Source of the DNA: Candidatus Woesearchaeota archaeon
Lineage (GTDB): Archaea > Nanobdellota > Nanobdellia > Pacearchaeales > GW2011-AR1
Direction: 5' to 3'
Length of the DNA: 64,000 nt
Assembly (NCBI GenBank): GCA_964493885.1
Contig: CAZBPV010000004.1
Location: 205-64,204, forward strand
Part shown: piece by piece, positions 9,319-19,700 of the stretch
How the letters are laid out: every line of letters starts with the position of its first letter
Position numbering within the stretch: position 1 is the stretch's first letter
Program-made: the position numbers and the translations under genes
The notes under the pieces: model-generated
Told to the model about the DNA's origin: nothing
Databases searched by the model: none
The model's input: the letters and a program-made list of their open reading frames with translations, nothing else

Positions 9319-12168
9319 TTAGAGGGTAATTGCAATTTCTCCTTTTCTATCTTTAATCTTAAATGCAGTTTTGTTTTTAAATGTTTCCTTACTCCCAGTA
9401 GTAATTTCCAGAGTTTTTGAATTAGTCTTTTCTCCGACGATATTTTTCCACCCATCCAACATATTCTTTAAATCTTTATCAGCGATAATCACTGTTTTTA
9501 CTTCATCTTTTTGCTTTAAGCCAAGCTGTTTTCTGAAAGCCTGGATACTTCTAATTATGTTTCTTGCATACCCTTCTGCTTCAAGCTCAGGGGTCATTTT
9601 TGTGTCAAGTTTGACATCTAATTCCTTTCCACTTTTCCAGTTAATTTTTTTTACATTTAATTGAGCCTTAAGTATCTCTTCTAATTCCTGGCTTAGTTTT
9701 TTATCAGAATATCCAACAATTGCTTTTGCAAGAGGCCACTTTAAACCAATCTGAGCTTTGTCTCTTGCAGCCAAACCTTTTTCAATTAAACTGCTAAGAA
9801 TAATAAAATCTCCCTCAAGTTTTTTATTAATCTTTTTTAAATCTGCTTTTGGCCATTTGCTTAAATGAACTGATTCTTCTTTGACTATTTTTTCTTTTCT
9901 CAGCTGTTGCCAAATATGTTCGCAAAATAATGGACAAACTGTAGAAAACATTTTAAGCACACTTAAAAATGCTTCTTTTAATGCAAAATAAACAACCCCC
10001 GGATTTTCAGAAGCTTTATCACGTGTAATCTTGATATACTCTCTTGATATTATGAGATATAGTTTTTCCAATTCCGTTAGTGTTTCATCAAAATGAAATG
10101 TCTCGAAAAGTTCAGTTGTTTTTTTTATAGAGGAATTTAATTTAGAGAACAAATATTTTTCTTCAATGCCTTTTTTATTTTCTTCTTTACATTTTATTTG
10201 AATTAAATAATTAGCTATATTTGTGAATATCAAAAGATTTCTTTGCTTTTGTTTTACACCTTCCCAGTTAAAATTAATATTTTCTCCTGCTTTGGTTTCG
10301 CAGATATAATATCTTAATATTTCCGAAGAATATTTATCTATAACTTCATAAGGAGAAATTATGTTGCCGAGAGATTTTGACATCTTCATCCCTTGAAAAT
10401 CAAGAATCATCCCATGTCCAAATACAGCATTATAGCATGATTTCTTGAACATTATCGTTGAACAAATCTGTAACATGCTAAACCATAATCGCGCTTGTTC
10501 GCTTGCCTCTAAAATTAAATCTGCTGGGAAAAAATCATTAAAATAATCTTTTCTTTGAGGGTAATAAAGACAATTCCAAGATACAGTTCCAGAATCTATC
10601 CAGACATCGATTACATCAGGAATTCTTTTCATTATTTTTTTGCATTTTTCGCACTTTAATAAAACCGTATCAATCCATGGCTTATGCAAATTTTTAGGAA
10701 TTTCATTTATTGCTTTTTCTTTAAGTTCTTCGAGACTTCCAATAACATCTATATTTTTGCATCCTTCATCTTCACAAATCCATATTGGAGCAGGAGTTCC
10801 CCAGAATCTCTGCCTAGTTATTCCATTATCTTTAAGATTTGATATCCATGCTTCATAACTCTTCTGGACACTTTTTGGGACCCATTTTATTTTTTTATTA
10901 TAATCAAGAATTTTTTTGATTAAATCTTCTGTTTTCAAAAACCATTGTTCGGTGGTTCTGAAAACAACCGGATTATGGCATCTCCAACAGTGTGCATATT
11001 CATGACTTATTTTCTCCTGCGCAACTACTGCTCCTCTATCTTTGAGTTCTTTTATAAATCTCTCATCATCTTTCTTTGCAATTAACCCATTAAACTTACC
11101 TGCATCTTCAAAAATTCCCTTTTCATCGATAGTGTTAAATGCTTCAATGCCGTATGACTTGCATGCCTCATAATCTTCTGGCCCACATCCAGGAGCACTA
11201 TGAACTAATCCTGTTCCTATCTCTAGGGTAACATATGGTTTAGAAATAATTACTGTATGAATTTTTATTGACTTTTTCTTAAGCTCTTTGTAAGGCATTT
11301 CATCTTCAAATGGATGAATATATTTAATTCCTTCAAGTTTTTCCCCCTTTATTTCTTCTAAAATTTGATAGTTCTTTCCAAGAATATCTCGAATAAGATG
11401 GTCTGCTAGTTCTTTTGCAATAATCCATGTTTCATCAATTCCTTCAATTTTTGCTTTGATATAATCAAAATCTGGATGTGCCATTATCGCAAGATTAAAC
11501 GGAATTGTCCAGGGAGTTGTTGTAAAAATTATTAGATATTCATTGTTTTTTGGATTTTTAGTCTTAAATTTAACATAAATGGATTTTTCGGGGATACTTT
11601 CATATTCAAGTTCATGCTTAGCAAGACTTGTTTCACAGGAAGAGCACCATTGCATAACTTTCTTTCCAAGGTAAAGTCTCTTTTGTTCAAATGCTGTTTT
11701 CAATAAAAGCCACTCTGAACTTATGAAATCATTTGTAACTGGAAGATAAGCATTCTCAAAATTCATCCATATTCCCATTCTTTCAAGATCCTTATTCATA
11801 ATCATTGCATTATTCATTGAAAAATCCATACATCTTTTTGAGAATTTATCTAACCCGTAATCTATAATTGCCTTTTTATCAGAAAGTTTTAATTCTTTTT
11901 GAACTGCATTTTCTGTTGGTAACCCATGCATATCATACCCTGCCCTATCCCAGACATTATAACCTTTTAACCTAAAATATCTCATTGCAATATCCTTCAT
12001 ATTATTGTTCCAGGCATGACCAATATGCAACCTTCCAGAAGTATAGGGGGGTCCCTGTAAGAAATAAAATTTCTTGCCTTTTGCATTCTTATTCTGGCTC
12101 TTTTCATAAATTTTGTTCTCTTTCCAGAACTTCAGTATTTCTTCCTCTATCTTTTTAAAGTCATACAT
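9319..12168 (-). CDS. ileS: isoleucine--tRNA ligase
   Basis: GPPYTSGRLHIGHA (HIGH), YDMHGLP, the CP1 editing region, KMSKSLGN (KMSKS). Confidence 0.9.
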   Translation of the reverse strand: MYDFKKIEEEILKFWKENKIYEKSQNKNAKGKKFYFLQGPPYTSGRLHIGHAWNNNMKDIAMRYFRLKGYNVWDRAGYDMHGLPTENAVQKELKLSDKKAIIDYGLDKFSKRCMDFSMNNAMIMNKDLERMGIWMNFENAYLPVTNDFISSEWLLLKTAFEQKRLYLGKKVMQWCSSCETSLAKHELEYESIPEKSIYVKFKTKNPKNNEYLIIFTTTPWTIPFNLAIMAHPDFDYIKAKIEGIDETWIIAKELADHLIRDILGKNYQILEEIKGEKLEGIKYIHPFEDEMPYKELKKKSIKIHTVIISKPYVTLEIGTGLVHSAPGCGPEDYEACKSYGIEAFNTIDEKGIFEDAGKFNGLIAKKDDERFIKELKDRGAVVAQEKISHEYAHCWRCHNPVVFRTTEQWFLKTEDLIKKILDYNKKIKWVPKSVQKSYEAWISNLKDNGITRQRFWGTPAPIWICEDEGCKNIDVIGSLEELKEKAINEIPKNLHKPWIDTVLLKCEKCKKIMKRIPDVIDVWIDSGTVSWNCLYYPQRKDYFNDFFPADLILEASEQARLWFSMLQICSTIMFKKSCYNAVFGHGMILDFQGMKMSKSLGNIISPYEVIDKYSSEILRYYICETKAGENINFNWEGVKQKQRNLLIFTNIANYLIQIKCKEENKKGIEEKYLFSKLNSSIKKTTELFETFHFDETLTELEKLYLIISREYIKITRDKASENPGVVYFALKEAFLSVLKMFSTVCPLFCEHIWQQLRKEKIVKEESVHLSKWPKADLKKINKKLEGDFIILSSLIEKGLAARDKAQIGLKWPLAKAIVGYSDKKLSQELEEILKAQLNVKKINWKSGKELDVKLDTKMTPELEAEGYARNIIRSIQAFRKQLGLKQKDEVKTVIIADKDLKNMLDGWKNIVGEKTNSKTLEITTGSKETFKNKTAFKIKDRKGEIAITL

Positions 12169-12188
12169 ATTACTTTTTACTCTTTTTT

Positions 12189-12905
12189 CTATTTAAATTC
12201 TTCCAAAACTTCTGATTCAATAAAATGCAATTTCCCTGGAATAATTATACAATAAGGTTTCCTGATTCCAGTAAATTCTTTCATCCCATTCATGCTTCTA
12301 TAAAATATTTTTTGATGCTTGGTTCCTAAATTCTGGCATACAAGTATCTTTTTTAAAGTCATTTTGTAATTTTCAGCAGCTTTTTCAAGTTGTATTAATG
12401 CATCTGGAAATTCTAATCCAGGGTCGATTAAGATTAAGGAATGAGCATCTATTGATAAGTTTTCTTGCACACTCTTCATAAAACTATCTGGAGTATAATT
12501 TTCTTGCCAGGTTGGCATGCTTGAAATCTTTCCAAATTTATACAACTGCAAACCTGTTTCTGCAGCAGCATCTAATACTGAAGCATTATGAATAGATTTG
12601 ACTTTTATTCCTAATCTTCTAGCTTCTTGAATAAGTGCTATATGAGTCGTTGCAGCCAAAGGACTTCCATAGATTAACAAGGCAACATCCAATCTTTTTG
12701 CCTCATCAACTATTGACAATCCCTCCACAAACTTTCTATCTGCAGGAAGAATTTTTTTATCAAGAACTTGCGAGAGTTCTCCGATTGAATACGGGAAATC
12801 TACAGTATAACTCTCGAGATACACTCTTTTGCATCTTTTTACTATCTCCGTTCCATACTTTGAAATCCCATCAACATTCAATCCAAGTCCTATAAGGTAT
12901 AACAT
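12189..12905 (-). CDS. dph5: diphthine synthase
   Basis: MLYLIGLGL...VYLESYT...LIYGSPLAATTH is the tetrapyrrole-methylase fold of Dph5. Length is typical. Confidence 0.85.
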   Translation of the reverse strand: MLYLIGLGLNVDGISKYGTEIVKRCKRVYLESYTVDFPYSIGELSQVLDKKILPADRKFVEGLSIVDEAKRLDVALLIYGSPLAATTHIALIQEARRLGIKVKSIHNASVLDAAAETGLQLYKFGKISSMPTWQENYTPDSFMKSVQENLSIDAHSLILIDPGLEFPDALIQLEKAAENYKMTLKKILVCQNLGTKHQKIFYRSMNGMKEFTGIRKPYCIIIPGKLHFIESEVLEEFK

Positions 12906-12936
12906 AAAATATAATTAAAAACAGCGTTTATATTCT

Positions 12937-13173
12937 TTACTTATTTAAGCTTCTAGAAGTAACAATTGCCATAAAAAAGAATGAAAATAATAAGATATCA
13001 TTTCTAATAATCAATGCAATAAACCCACAAATTAATGAGATTATTGCTATTAATTTAAACCACTTTTTTCCTTGCTTTTTTTCATCTTTTGTTAGTTTTG
13101 CAAGAACATCTCCAATTGGGATTCCTAATACTAATACAGCAATTCCTATTATAAGTTTTATTATTTCCTGCAT
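12937..13173 (-). CDS. small membrane protein
   Basis: Two hydrophobic helices in a 78-aa ORF. Confidence 0.4.
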   Translation of the reverse strand: MQEIIKLIIGIAVLVLGIPIGDVLAKLTKDEKKQGKKWFKLIAIISLICGFIALIIRNDILLFSFFFMAIVTSRSLNK

Positions 13174-13222
13174 AATAATATTTAATCCTCTGCATTTTTA
13201 TACCTTCGTCTTGTAAAAAAGG

Positions 13223-13230
13223 TTTATATA
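13223..13230 (+). promoter_or_regulatory. TATA-like box upstream of the 13253 gene
   Basis: TTTATATA lies 23-30 nt upstream of the ATG, consistent with a leaderless or short-leader archaeal promoter. Confidence 0.35.
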
Positions 13231-13252
13231 TGGCTCTTTTACCTTAATCTCT

Positions 13253-13912
13253 ATGAAAACTTTAGATAGAATTGTTAAAATACAATCAAGATTAGATAGA
13301 GATTTATTCAATTTTGACTATTCAAAAGTCCCTGCAAAATATCATGCAGGCCCAGTTTCAAATACAAAATTAGTTCTGTACAAAGGAGCTCCAAAAGGGT
13401 ATGAAAAAACAGGTTTTTTTTCAAGAACCCTCCTAAAAAGAAGATTTAAACATCTTATCAGGGTAAAGGAGATAATTGAGTCAGGAGATTTAAATGCAAT
13501 TCATAAGATAATAGATAGACATACTGATTATTATTTTGCTATGCCATTTTTATCTGCAACTTTTAACCCAGAAGAAGCACAGGTTTTTGCACCTACTGAT
13601 CCACTCAGATTAAAAATCATGGCTGGAAGAGGAGAGCCACAGACTACAATTTACAGATTAAAAGTATCTGCAAACAGATGCATATTAGATGCAGATGATA
13701 TTGGCGGAGCAGGGGCATCAAGAGAAATATTAATTTTTGGATTGATTTCTCCAGAAGAAATCACTGCTGTTAAGATAAATAACTGTCATGAAAATAGTGA
13801 GCTAAGAGAAGCTAGGGATAATCCTATTATTAGATACTATCCAGAAAAAGATTCTACAAATACTCAAGTCAAAAATCCTAGAAATTGGTTAGAATTTTCT
13901 CCCGCACAATAA
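13253..13912 (+). CDS. hypothetical protein with R-S-E ADP-ribosyltransferase-like motif pattern (tentative)
   Basis: LVLYKG (res 41-45), FLSATF (res 99-104) and GASREILIFG (res 154-163) have the spacing of the Y-R-G / S-T-S / E-x-E-hLh motifs of C3/Vip2-type ARTs. The first Arg is replaced by Lys. Confidence 0.45.
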   Translation: MKTLDRIVKIQSRLDRDLFNFDYSKVPAKYHAGPVSNTKLVLYKGAPKGYEKTGFFSRTLLKRRFKHLIRVKEIIESGDLNAIHKIIDRHTDYYFAMPFLSATFNPEEAQVFAPTDPLRLKIMAGRGEPQTTIYRLKVSANRCILDADDIGGAGASREILIFGLISPEEITAVKINNCHENSELREARDNPIIRYYPEKDSTNTQVKNPRNWLEFSPAQ

Positions 13913-13943
13913 TATTTAAGAACACTTCTTTGATATTTTTATT

Positions 13944-14735
13944 ATGTACAAGAACTATCTTATCATTGCATCAAAAAAAGACAAGGCTGGAATAAACATA
14001 ACTACTGCCTTAAGCCAATACGGGAATTTTAATTTTCATTTAGTTGATGGAGAATCAATTTATACAGAAAATCTTGATTTAGATAAAATAAACAGATTTG
14101 ATTTTATTATATTTGCTTCACGTCATCAATCAGAAAAAAAGGAGAAAACTCTTTCTATTCATGCTCCCGGCAATTGGAAAAATGCTGATTTTGGAGGAAA
14201 GCCTGGAATGATTTGCAATACTTCTGCTTTGTTTCAAAAACAATTCTTTGAAAGGCTTCATAAAAATGTTCAAGAATATGACTTAAGAGACTATAAAATA
14301 ACTCTTGAGTGCACTCATCACGGTCCTTTAATTGACAAGCCCTGTGTTTTTGTAGAAATAGGCTCAACTGAAACTGAATGGAATGACAGACGAGCTGCAT
14401 TTATTATGGCTAAAACAATAAAAGAAACAATAGAATCATTTAAGGAAAATCATTACAATGAAATTGCAATTGGAATTGGAGGCCCTCATTACTGCCCTAA
14501 TTTCAATAAAATACAACTTAGTTCTAATGTTGCTATCTCACATATTATCCCAGAATACGCTCTTCCACTAACAGGAGAAATGCTAAAACAAGCAATAACA
14601 AAAACACAAGAAGAAGTTGACTTTGCAATTATAGACTGGAAAGGCATTGGCAAAAAAGAACAAAGAGAGGAAATGATTAAGCTTCTTGACAAGATGTATA
14701 TTCAACATAAAAGAACAAGTGAAATTTCTAAATAA
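13944..14735 (+). CDS. dtdA: D-aminoacyl-tRNA deacylase, archaeal type
   Basis: SRHQSE...IHAPGNW...ECTHHGP...FVEIGSTETEW motifs of the archaeal DtdA family. Confidence 0.8.
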   Translation: MYKNYLIIASKKDKAGINITTALSQYGNFNFHLVDGESIYTENLDLDKINRFDFIIFASRHQSEKKEKTLSIHAPGNWKNADFGGKPGMICNTSALFQKQFFERLHKNVQEYDLRDYKITLECTHHGPLIDKPCVFVEIGSTETEWNDRRAAFIMAKTIKETIESFKENHYNEIAIGIGGPHYCPNFNKIQLSSNVAISHIIPEYALPLTGEMLKQAITKTQEEVDFAIIDWKGIGKKEQREEMIKLLDKMYIQHKRTSEISK

Positions 14736-14768
14736 AAACGCCCTCATTTAGCTTTAGACGAACGAGTA

Positions 14769-14793
14769 GTAAAACCCAAAGAAAGGGTTTTAC
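14769..14793. terminator. 9-bp perfect hairpin between convergent dtdA and tRNA-Ser
   Basis: GTAAAACCC-aaagaaa-GGGTTTTAC. It abuts the tRNA-Ser 3' end and shares position 14793 with the discriminator base. Confidence 0.35.
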
Positions 14794-14873
14794 GCCCACT
14801 GCAGGAATCGAACCTGCGAGCCCCGAAGGGCGCGGATTAGCAATCCGCTGCAATACCACTTTGCGAAGTGGGC
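14793..14873 (-). tRNA. tRNA-Ser (anticodon GCU), class II
   Basis: GCCCACT..GCGGA-TTGCTAA-TCCGC-long variable arm-GCAGG-TTCGATT-CCTGC-AGTGGGC-G, folded by hand. Confidence 0.9.
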
Positions 14874-14894
14874 ATGAAAGAATAGATAGTTTTT

Positions 14895-14906
14895 AGCTTA
14901 TAAGCT
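14895..14906 (-). promoter_or_regulatory. palindromic TATA element for tRNA-Ser
   Basis: AGCTTATAAGCT is centred about 27 nt upstream of the tRNA-Ser 5' end (14873). Confidence 0.4.
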
Positions 14907-14928
14907 TTTTTATATTTTTTAGAAAACC

Positions 14929-14936
14929 TTATATAT
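14929..14936 (+). promoter_or_regulatory. TATA box for initiator tRNA-Met
   Basis: TTATATAT lies 21-28 nt upstream of the tRNA 5' end at 14957. Confidence 0.4.
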
Positions 14937-14956
14937 CGAGCTAAATAGCTAATACT

Positions 14957-15032
14957 AGCGAGGTGGAGCAGCCTGGAGTGCTCGCAGGGCCCATAACCCT
15001 GAGGTCGCGTGGTTCAAATCCCGCCCTCGCTA
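14957..15032 (+). tRNA. tRNA-Met (CAU), initiator-like
   Basis: AGCGAGG acceptor with an A1:U72 pair, anticodon stem CAGGG/CCCTG (three G:C pairs next to the loop), loop CCCATAA. The T-stem 5' strand GCGTGG needs one bulged T to pair with CCCGC. Confidence 0.75.
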
Positions 15033-15040
15033 TTAAAAAG

Positions 15041-15886
15041 ATGGCTGAAAAAGGGGTGATTTACTCAACAGGGCAGTTGGATTGCCTGAGCTATTATTCT
15101 AAAATCTTCTCTAAAATCAAGAATTTTGTAGGAGACAGGGAAATAGCTACAAAAACATATATTCCTGAATCTATTCCTCCATTTATTGTTCATAGGGGAA
15201 GTGATGACTCTGCATTAAGAATCTCAGATTTGCTTGGAATTCCTCAATCTTTTCTCAAATTAAGATATCATAAAAAGCTTCATGAAGTTGAAAAACAATT
15301 AACTGAAAAGCAAAAATTAATTTGGAGATATTTTGTTCCAAGAAAGCTTGTAGAATTGCATTATGCTTGCAATCATGAAGGAGTTGGAAAATCCTTTGAC
15401 AGAATTTTTATTGATATAGATGCAAGCAAAGGAACTTCTGAAGCAGCATATATCAAAGTTGTAAAGCAATTGCTAAAAGAGATACGAGCTGACAAAGAAT
15501 TAAAAAAACTTTCATCTTATAGAATTTATTTATTATGGACAGGCATGAGTATGCATGTCTACCTAATTTTAAACAAAAAACTTCCTCATAGTGCATATGA
15601 CAAATATTTTGCATTCCACAAGGATAGCTTGACAACTAAATGGGCAAATAATATTTCTGAAAAAACAAAAGTAAAGGTCAAGGCAGGGCATGAAAGAAGA
15701 GCAGGAGCAGTTATTCTTGACACTTCTGCAACACCTTCAGGAAAACTTGCACGTTGCCCGTATTCTCTGCATCTAAATCATAAAGGAAAACTCACAGGAG
15801 TTGCAGTTCCATTAAAAGAATCTCAAATCAAGTCAGGATTATTTAAGTTAAGAAATCTCACTCCAGATGAAGCACTGAGATACTAA
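15041..15886 (+). CDS. archaeo-eukaryotic primase (PriS-like) catalytic subunit
   Basis: AEP motifs: I = DRIFIDIDAS, II = WTGMSMHVY, III = ILDTS...KLARCPYSLH. The track ORF (14963) is trimmed to Met27 because its first 26 codons are the tRNA-Met gene. Confidence 0.6.
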   Translation: MAEKGVIYSTGQLDCLSYYSKIFSKIKNFVGDREIATKTYIPESIPPFIVHRGSDDSALRISDLLGIPQSFLKLRYHKKLHEVEKQLTEKQKLIWRYFVPRKLVELHYACNHEGVGKSFDRIFIDIDASKGTSEAAYIKVVKQLLKEIRADKELKKLSSYRIYLLWTGMSMHVYLILNKKLPHSAYDKYFAFHKDSLTTKWANNISEKTKVKVKAGHERRAGAVILDTSATPSGKLARCPYSLHLNHKGKLTGVAVPLKESQIKSGLFKLRNLTPDEALRY

Positions 15887-15934
15887 TTTTCTAATTATAA
15901 TTAACTTTAAATATACATTATTTTTCAGTTTCTT

Positions 15935-16600
15935 ATGTTAATATTAGGCATTGATGATGCAGGCAGAGGCCCTGTTATCGGCCCAATGGTTCTTGTAGGA
16001 TGTTTGATTAATGAAGAAACTGAAAAGGAATTCAAAAAACTTGGAGTAAAAGATTCTAAACAACTTACTTCAAAAAGAAGAGAATTTCTTGTAGAAAAAA
16101 TAAAAGAAATGGCAGAAACTTTTGAAATAGTTCTTGCTCATCCAAATGAAATTGATGGAAAAAATCATGATGGGGTTGACTTAAATAAGTTAGAGGCTAT
16201 TAAGATGGCAGAAGTTATTAATAAAATTAATAAGGGTTTTGATAAAATAAAAGTTATAATTGACTGCCCTTCAGTTGGAATTGCTAAATGGACTGATTTT
16301 CTTAAAACTAAAATCCAAAATCTTTCTAATCTAGAAGTTGTTTGTGAACATAAGGCAGATAAAAATTACATTGCAGTTTCTGCAGCATCTATTATTGCAA
16401 AGAGTGTAAGAGAAAAAGAAATGTCTTTGCTTCATGAAAAATACGGCAAGGGAATAGGCTCTGGATATTGCTCAGACCCATTAACTTGCAAATTTCTTGA
16501 AAAATTTGCTAGAACTCATGAAAACGAAGGAATATTCAGAAAAACTTGGATTACTTGGAAAAGAGCATGTGCAAACCTGGGGCAGAAAAAGCTTTTTTAA
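15935..16600 (+). CDS. rnhB: ribonuclease HII
   Basis: ILGIDDAGRGPVIGPMV and the DSK motif are typical of RNase HII. Confidence 0.9.
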   Translation: MLILGIDDAGRGPVIGPMVLVGCLINEETEKEFKKLGVKDSKQLTSKRREFLVEKIKEMAETFEIVLAHPNEIDGKNHDGVDLNKLEAIKMAEVINKINKGFDKIKVIIDCPSVGIAKWTDFLKTKIQNLSNLEVVCEHKADKNYIAVSAASIIAKSVREKEMSLLHEKYGKGIGSGYCSDPLTCKFLEKFARTHENEGIFRKTWITWKRACANLGQKKLF

Positions 16601-16761
16601 AAGTGTTGAAATTAATGCTCCTATTTATTAATGTAACAAATAGAAAGTGAGGCTAATCTGTTGCAGACATTGTTCAACTTACCTGTTTAATCATACAAAA
16701 AAGAGGTGATAATTATTCTAACAATCTTTAAAAATCTCCTTTAATTCTTTAATTAGTTAAA

Positions 16762-19700
16762 ATGCTCCATATAAAAAAACTGGTGATGCATGGATTCAAG
16801 AGTTTTGTAAGAAAAACTGAGCTTCCTTTTACTCCTGGAATAAATGTTATTCTTGGCCCTAATGGAAGTGGGAAATGCCTTGTAGGGGATTCTATTGTAA
16901 CCTTGGCAGATGGCTCTTCAAAAAGAATTGAAGATATTGTAAACTCAAGATTAGCTAATGCTGTTAAAACCGAAGATGGTTATTTAATGCCTGGTGATGG
17001 AACAGAAATATTAAGCCTTAATCTAGAGAACTTAAAGATAGAAAAAACAAAGATTAAATCTTTTGTAAAAAGAACTTCTCCAGAGAAAATTCTATCAATA
17101 AAAACTCGCTCTGGAAGAGCAGTTAAAACTACTAAGTATCATCCTTTATTTATTCTAAGGGATAATAAAGTAGTTGAAGCAAGAGCAGATGAATTAAAAC
17201 AAGGAATAAGAATTGCTGTCCCAAGAAAATTGAATTTTGAACCAAAATCAAGATATTTTGATGAATTAATAGATGAGATAAAAGAGGAAGATAGAATCTA
17301 TGTTCCTTATAAAGAGGAATATGCTCTCATATTAAATTCAATAAAAGATAATCTTACATGGAAGAAATTATCTGATAAACTTGGCATTTCTCATTATGTA
17401 ATAAAAGGGTTGTTAGATAAACAATCTATTAATTTATATTATCTAATTAAAATACTCAAGTTTGCAGAATTATCCAATTTAGAAATAATAAAACTTATTG
17501 ATGAACTTATCTCTAATGGGAAAAAGATTAAGTTCAATTTTGAGAATTCTCCAGAATTTTCCAGATTTTTTGGTTATCTCTTAGCAGAGGGAAGACTAGC
17601 TGAATCAAGCCAAATCTGGTTTACAAATGGAGATTCTGAAATTGTTCAAGATTATATTTATCTTGTAAAAAAATTGTTCAATAAGGTGCCCTTAGTGAGA
17701 GAATACAAACCAAATTGCTGGGATGTTATAATCTTCTCTGAACCATTAAAAAAAATGCTCGGCAAATTGGGCATGGCATCAAAAACTTTTAATAAAAGAA
17801 TATCTAACATTATTTTAAAGAATTCTTCAAATAAAGAAATATCTGAATTATTAAATGGATTATATTGTGGTGATGGGTATGTTTCAAAATCTTCAATAGA
17901 GATAACAACTAAAAGTCCTGAACTTGCTAGAGGAATTGAAAATTGCTTATTAAGATTAGGTATACTCTTTTCTACTAAACAGCAGTATAAAGACATAAAA
18001 TCAACTGGGTTTATTGGAAAATATTATAATATTATAATCACTGGAGTTAATAACTTCAAGGAATTCAACAAGAATATTAAATTAGTACATATGATAAAAC
18101 AGCAGAGGATATTAAATTATCTAAACAAAAAATCTAATCCTAATATAGATTTAATAAATGTTAATGGGCTGGTAAAAAATATCTCAAAAGAGTTAAATTT
18201 GAACATAAAACAATTAAGAAATGAATTTCCTATTTTAGATTCTTATTGTTATAATCAATGCACTCCCTCAAGAGAGGGACTTCAAATGCTTTGTAAAAGT
18301 TTATTCTTGCAGAAAACTTCTTTAGTTAGCGATTTAATCACTATTTCCAATTCAGATATTTTCTGGGACGAAATAATCCAAATTAATGAAATTCCTGGAG
18401 AAGAGTGGGTATATGATTTATGTATAGAAAAAAATCACAACTTCATAGCTAATAACATCTTTGTCCATAATTCGAATGTCTCTGATGCCTTGTGCTTTGT
18501 TCTTGGAAGACTAAGTATAAAATCAATGAGAGCTGCAAAAGCAGGAAATCTTATATTTTTAGGAACTAAGGAGTTAGCTGCTGCAAAAGAAGCAAGTGTT
18601 GAAATTGTATTTGATAATTCTGATAAGATTTTTTCCATAGACAAGAATGAAATAACAATAAAAAGAATTGTAAGAAAAAATGGGCAGAGTATTTATAGAA
18701 TAGAAGGGGAAACAAAAACACGTCAGGAAGTTCTTTCATTGCTTGCTCAGGCTGGAATAGACCCAAATGGGTTTAATATAATTCTTCAGGGAGAAATCCA
18801 GAATTTTGTAAGAATGCATAATGAGGAAAGAAGAAAGATTATTGAGGAAGTTTCAGGAATTTCAATTTATGAGTCAAGGAAAGAAAAATCCTTGCGAGAG
18901 CTTGAAAAAACTGAAGAAAGACTAAAAGAAATACTTGCTATATTAAGAGAAAGAACTTCTTATTTAAACAATCTTGAAAGAGAAAGGCAGCAGGCATTAA
19001 AATATCAAAAACTCCAAAAAGATGTAGAAAGATACAAGGCAAGCATAATTTATCATGATTTGATGCAAAAGAAAAAGGAAAAGGAGAAGATTGATGCGGA
19101 GATTGAAAAGAAAAATTCAGAAATCTCTAAGGTAAAAAAATCAATGGCTGAACTTGAAGCAACAATCCGAGATTATGAACTTAAAATTGATTCTATAAAC
19201 TCAACAATCCAAAAATCAACAGGATTAGAGCAGGAAAAACTCAACCATGAAATAGCTAATTTAAGAGCTGAACTTGAGGGGCTAAAAGTAAAGTTAGAGA
19301 ACTCTGAGAAGAAATTCTTAGAAAATGAAAACCAAAAAATTGAATTAAGTAATAACATAAGGGAAAATGAGCTTGTAATTAGAGAACTTCAAAAAAATTC
19401 AGTTCCTAGTGGTTCTAAAAAACAAAAAGATATTGAATCTAAGAAAAAAGAGCTTGAAAAATTAGAAGAAGAAAGAAAAAAATTTTATATGATTAAGTCT
19501 GAACTTAAATCAATCAAAGAAAGAATCCAGGATAAAAACACTCTCTTTCATAATTATAAAACAGAATCTGAATTTTTAATTAAGGAAATTGATACCTTCT
19601 CTTCAGAATTGTTTGATAAAAATACAGGCACAAAGAGAATGTCTGAATTAAAAGTTGATTTACAGGGTAAAAAACAAGATTTAGTCTTAATTGAGAGAAA

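Noticed and set aside
9246-9455. 69-aa minus-strand ORF overlapping the 3' end of ileS.
   Set aside because: It overlaps the last ~45 codons of ileS in another frame, has a basic low-complexity product, and has no start context.
14963-15040. N-terminal 26 codons of track ORF 14963-15886.
   Set aside because: These codons are the tRNA-Met gene read as protein (MEQPGVLAGPITLRSRGSNPALAIKK). The real start is taken as the ATG at 15041.
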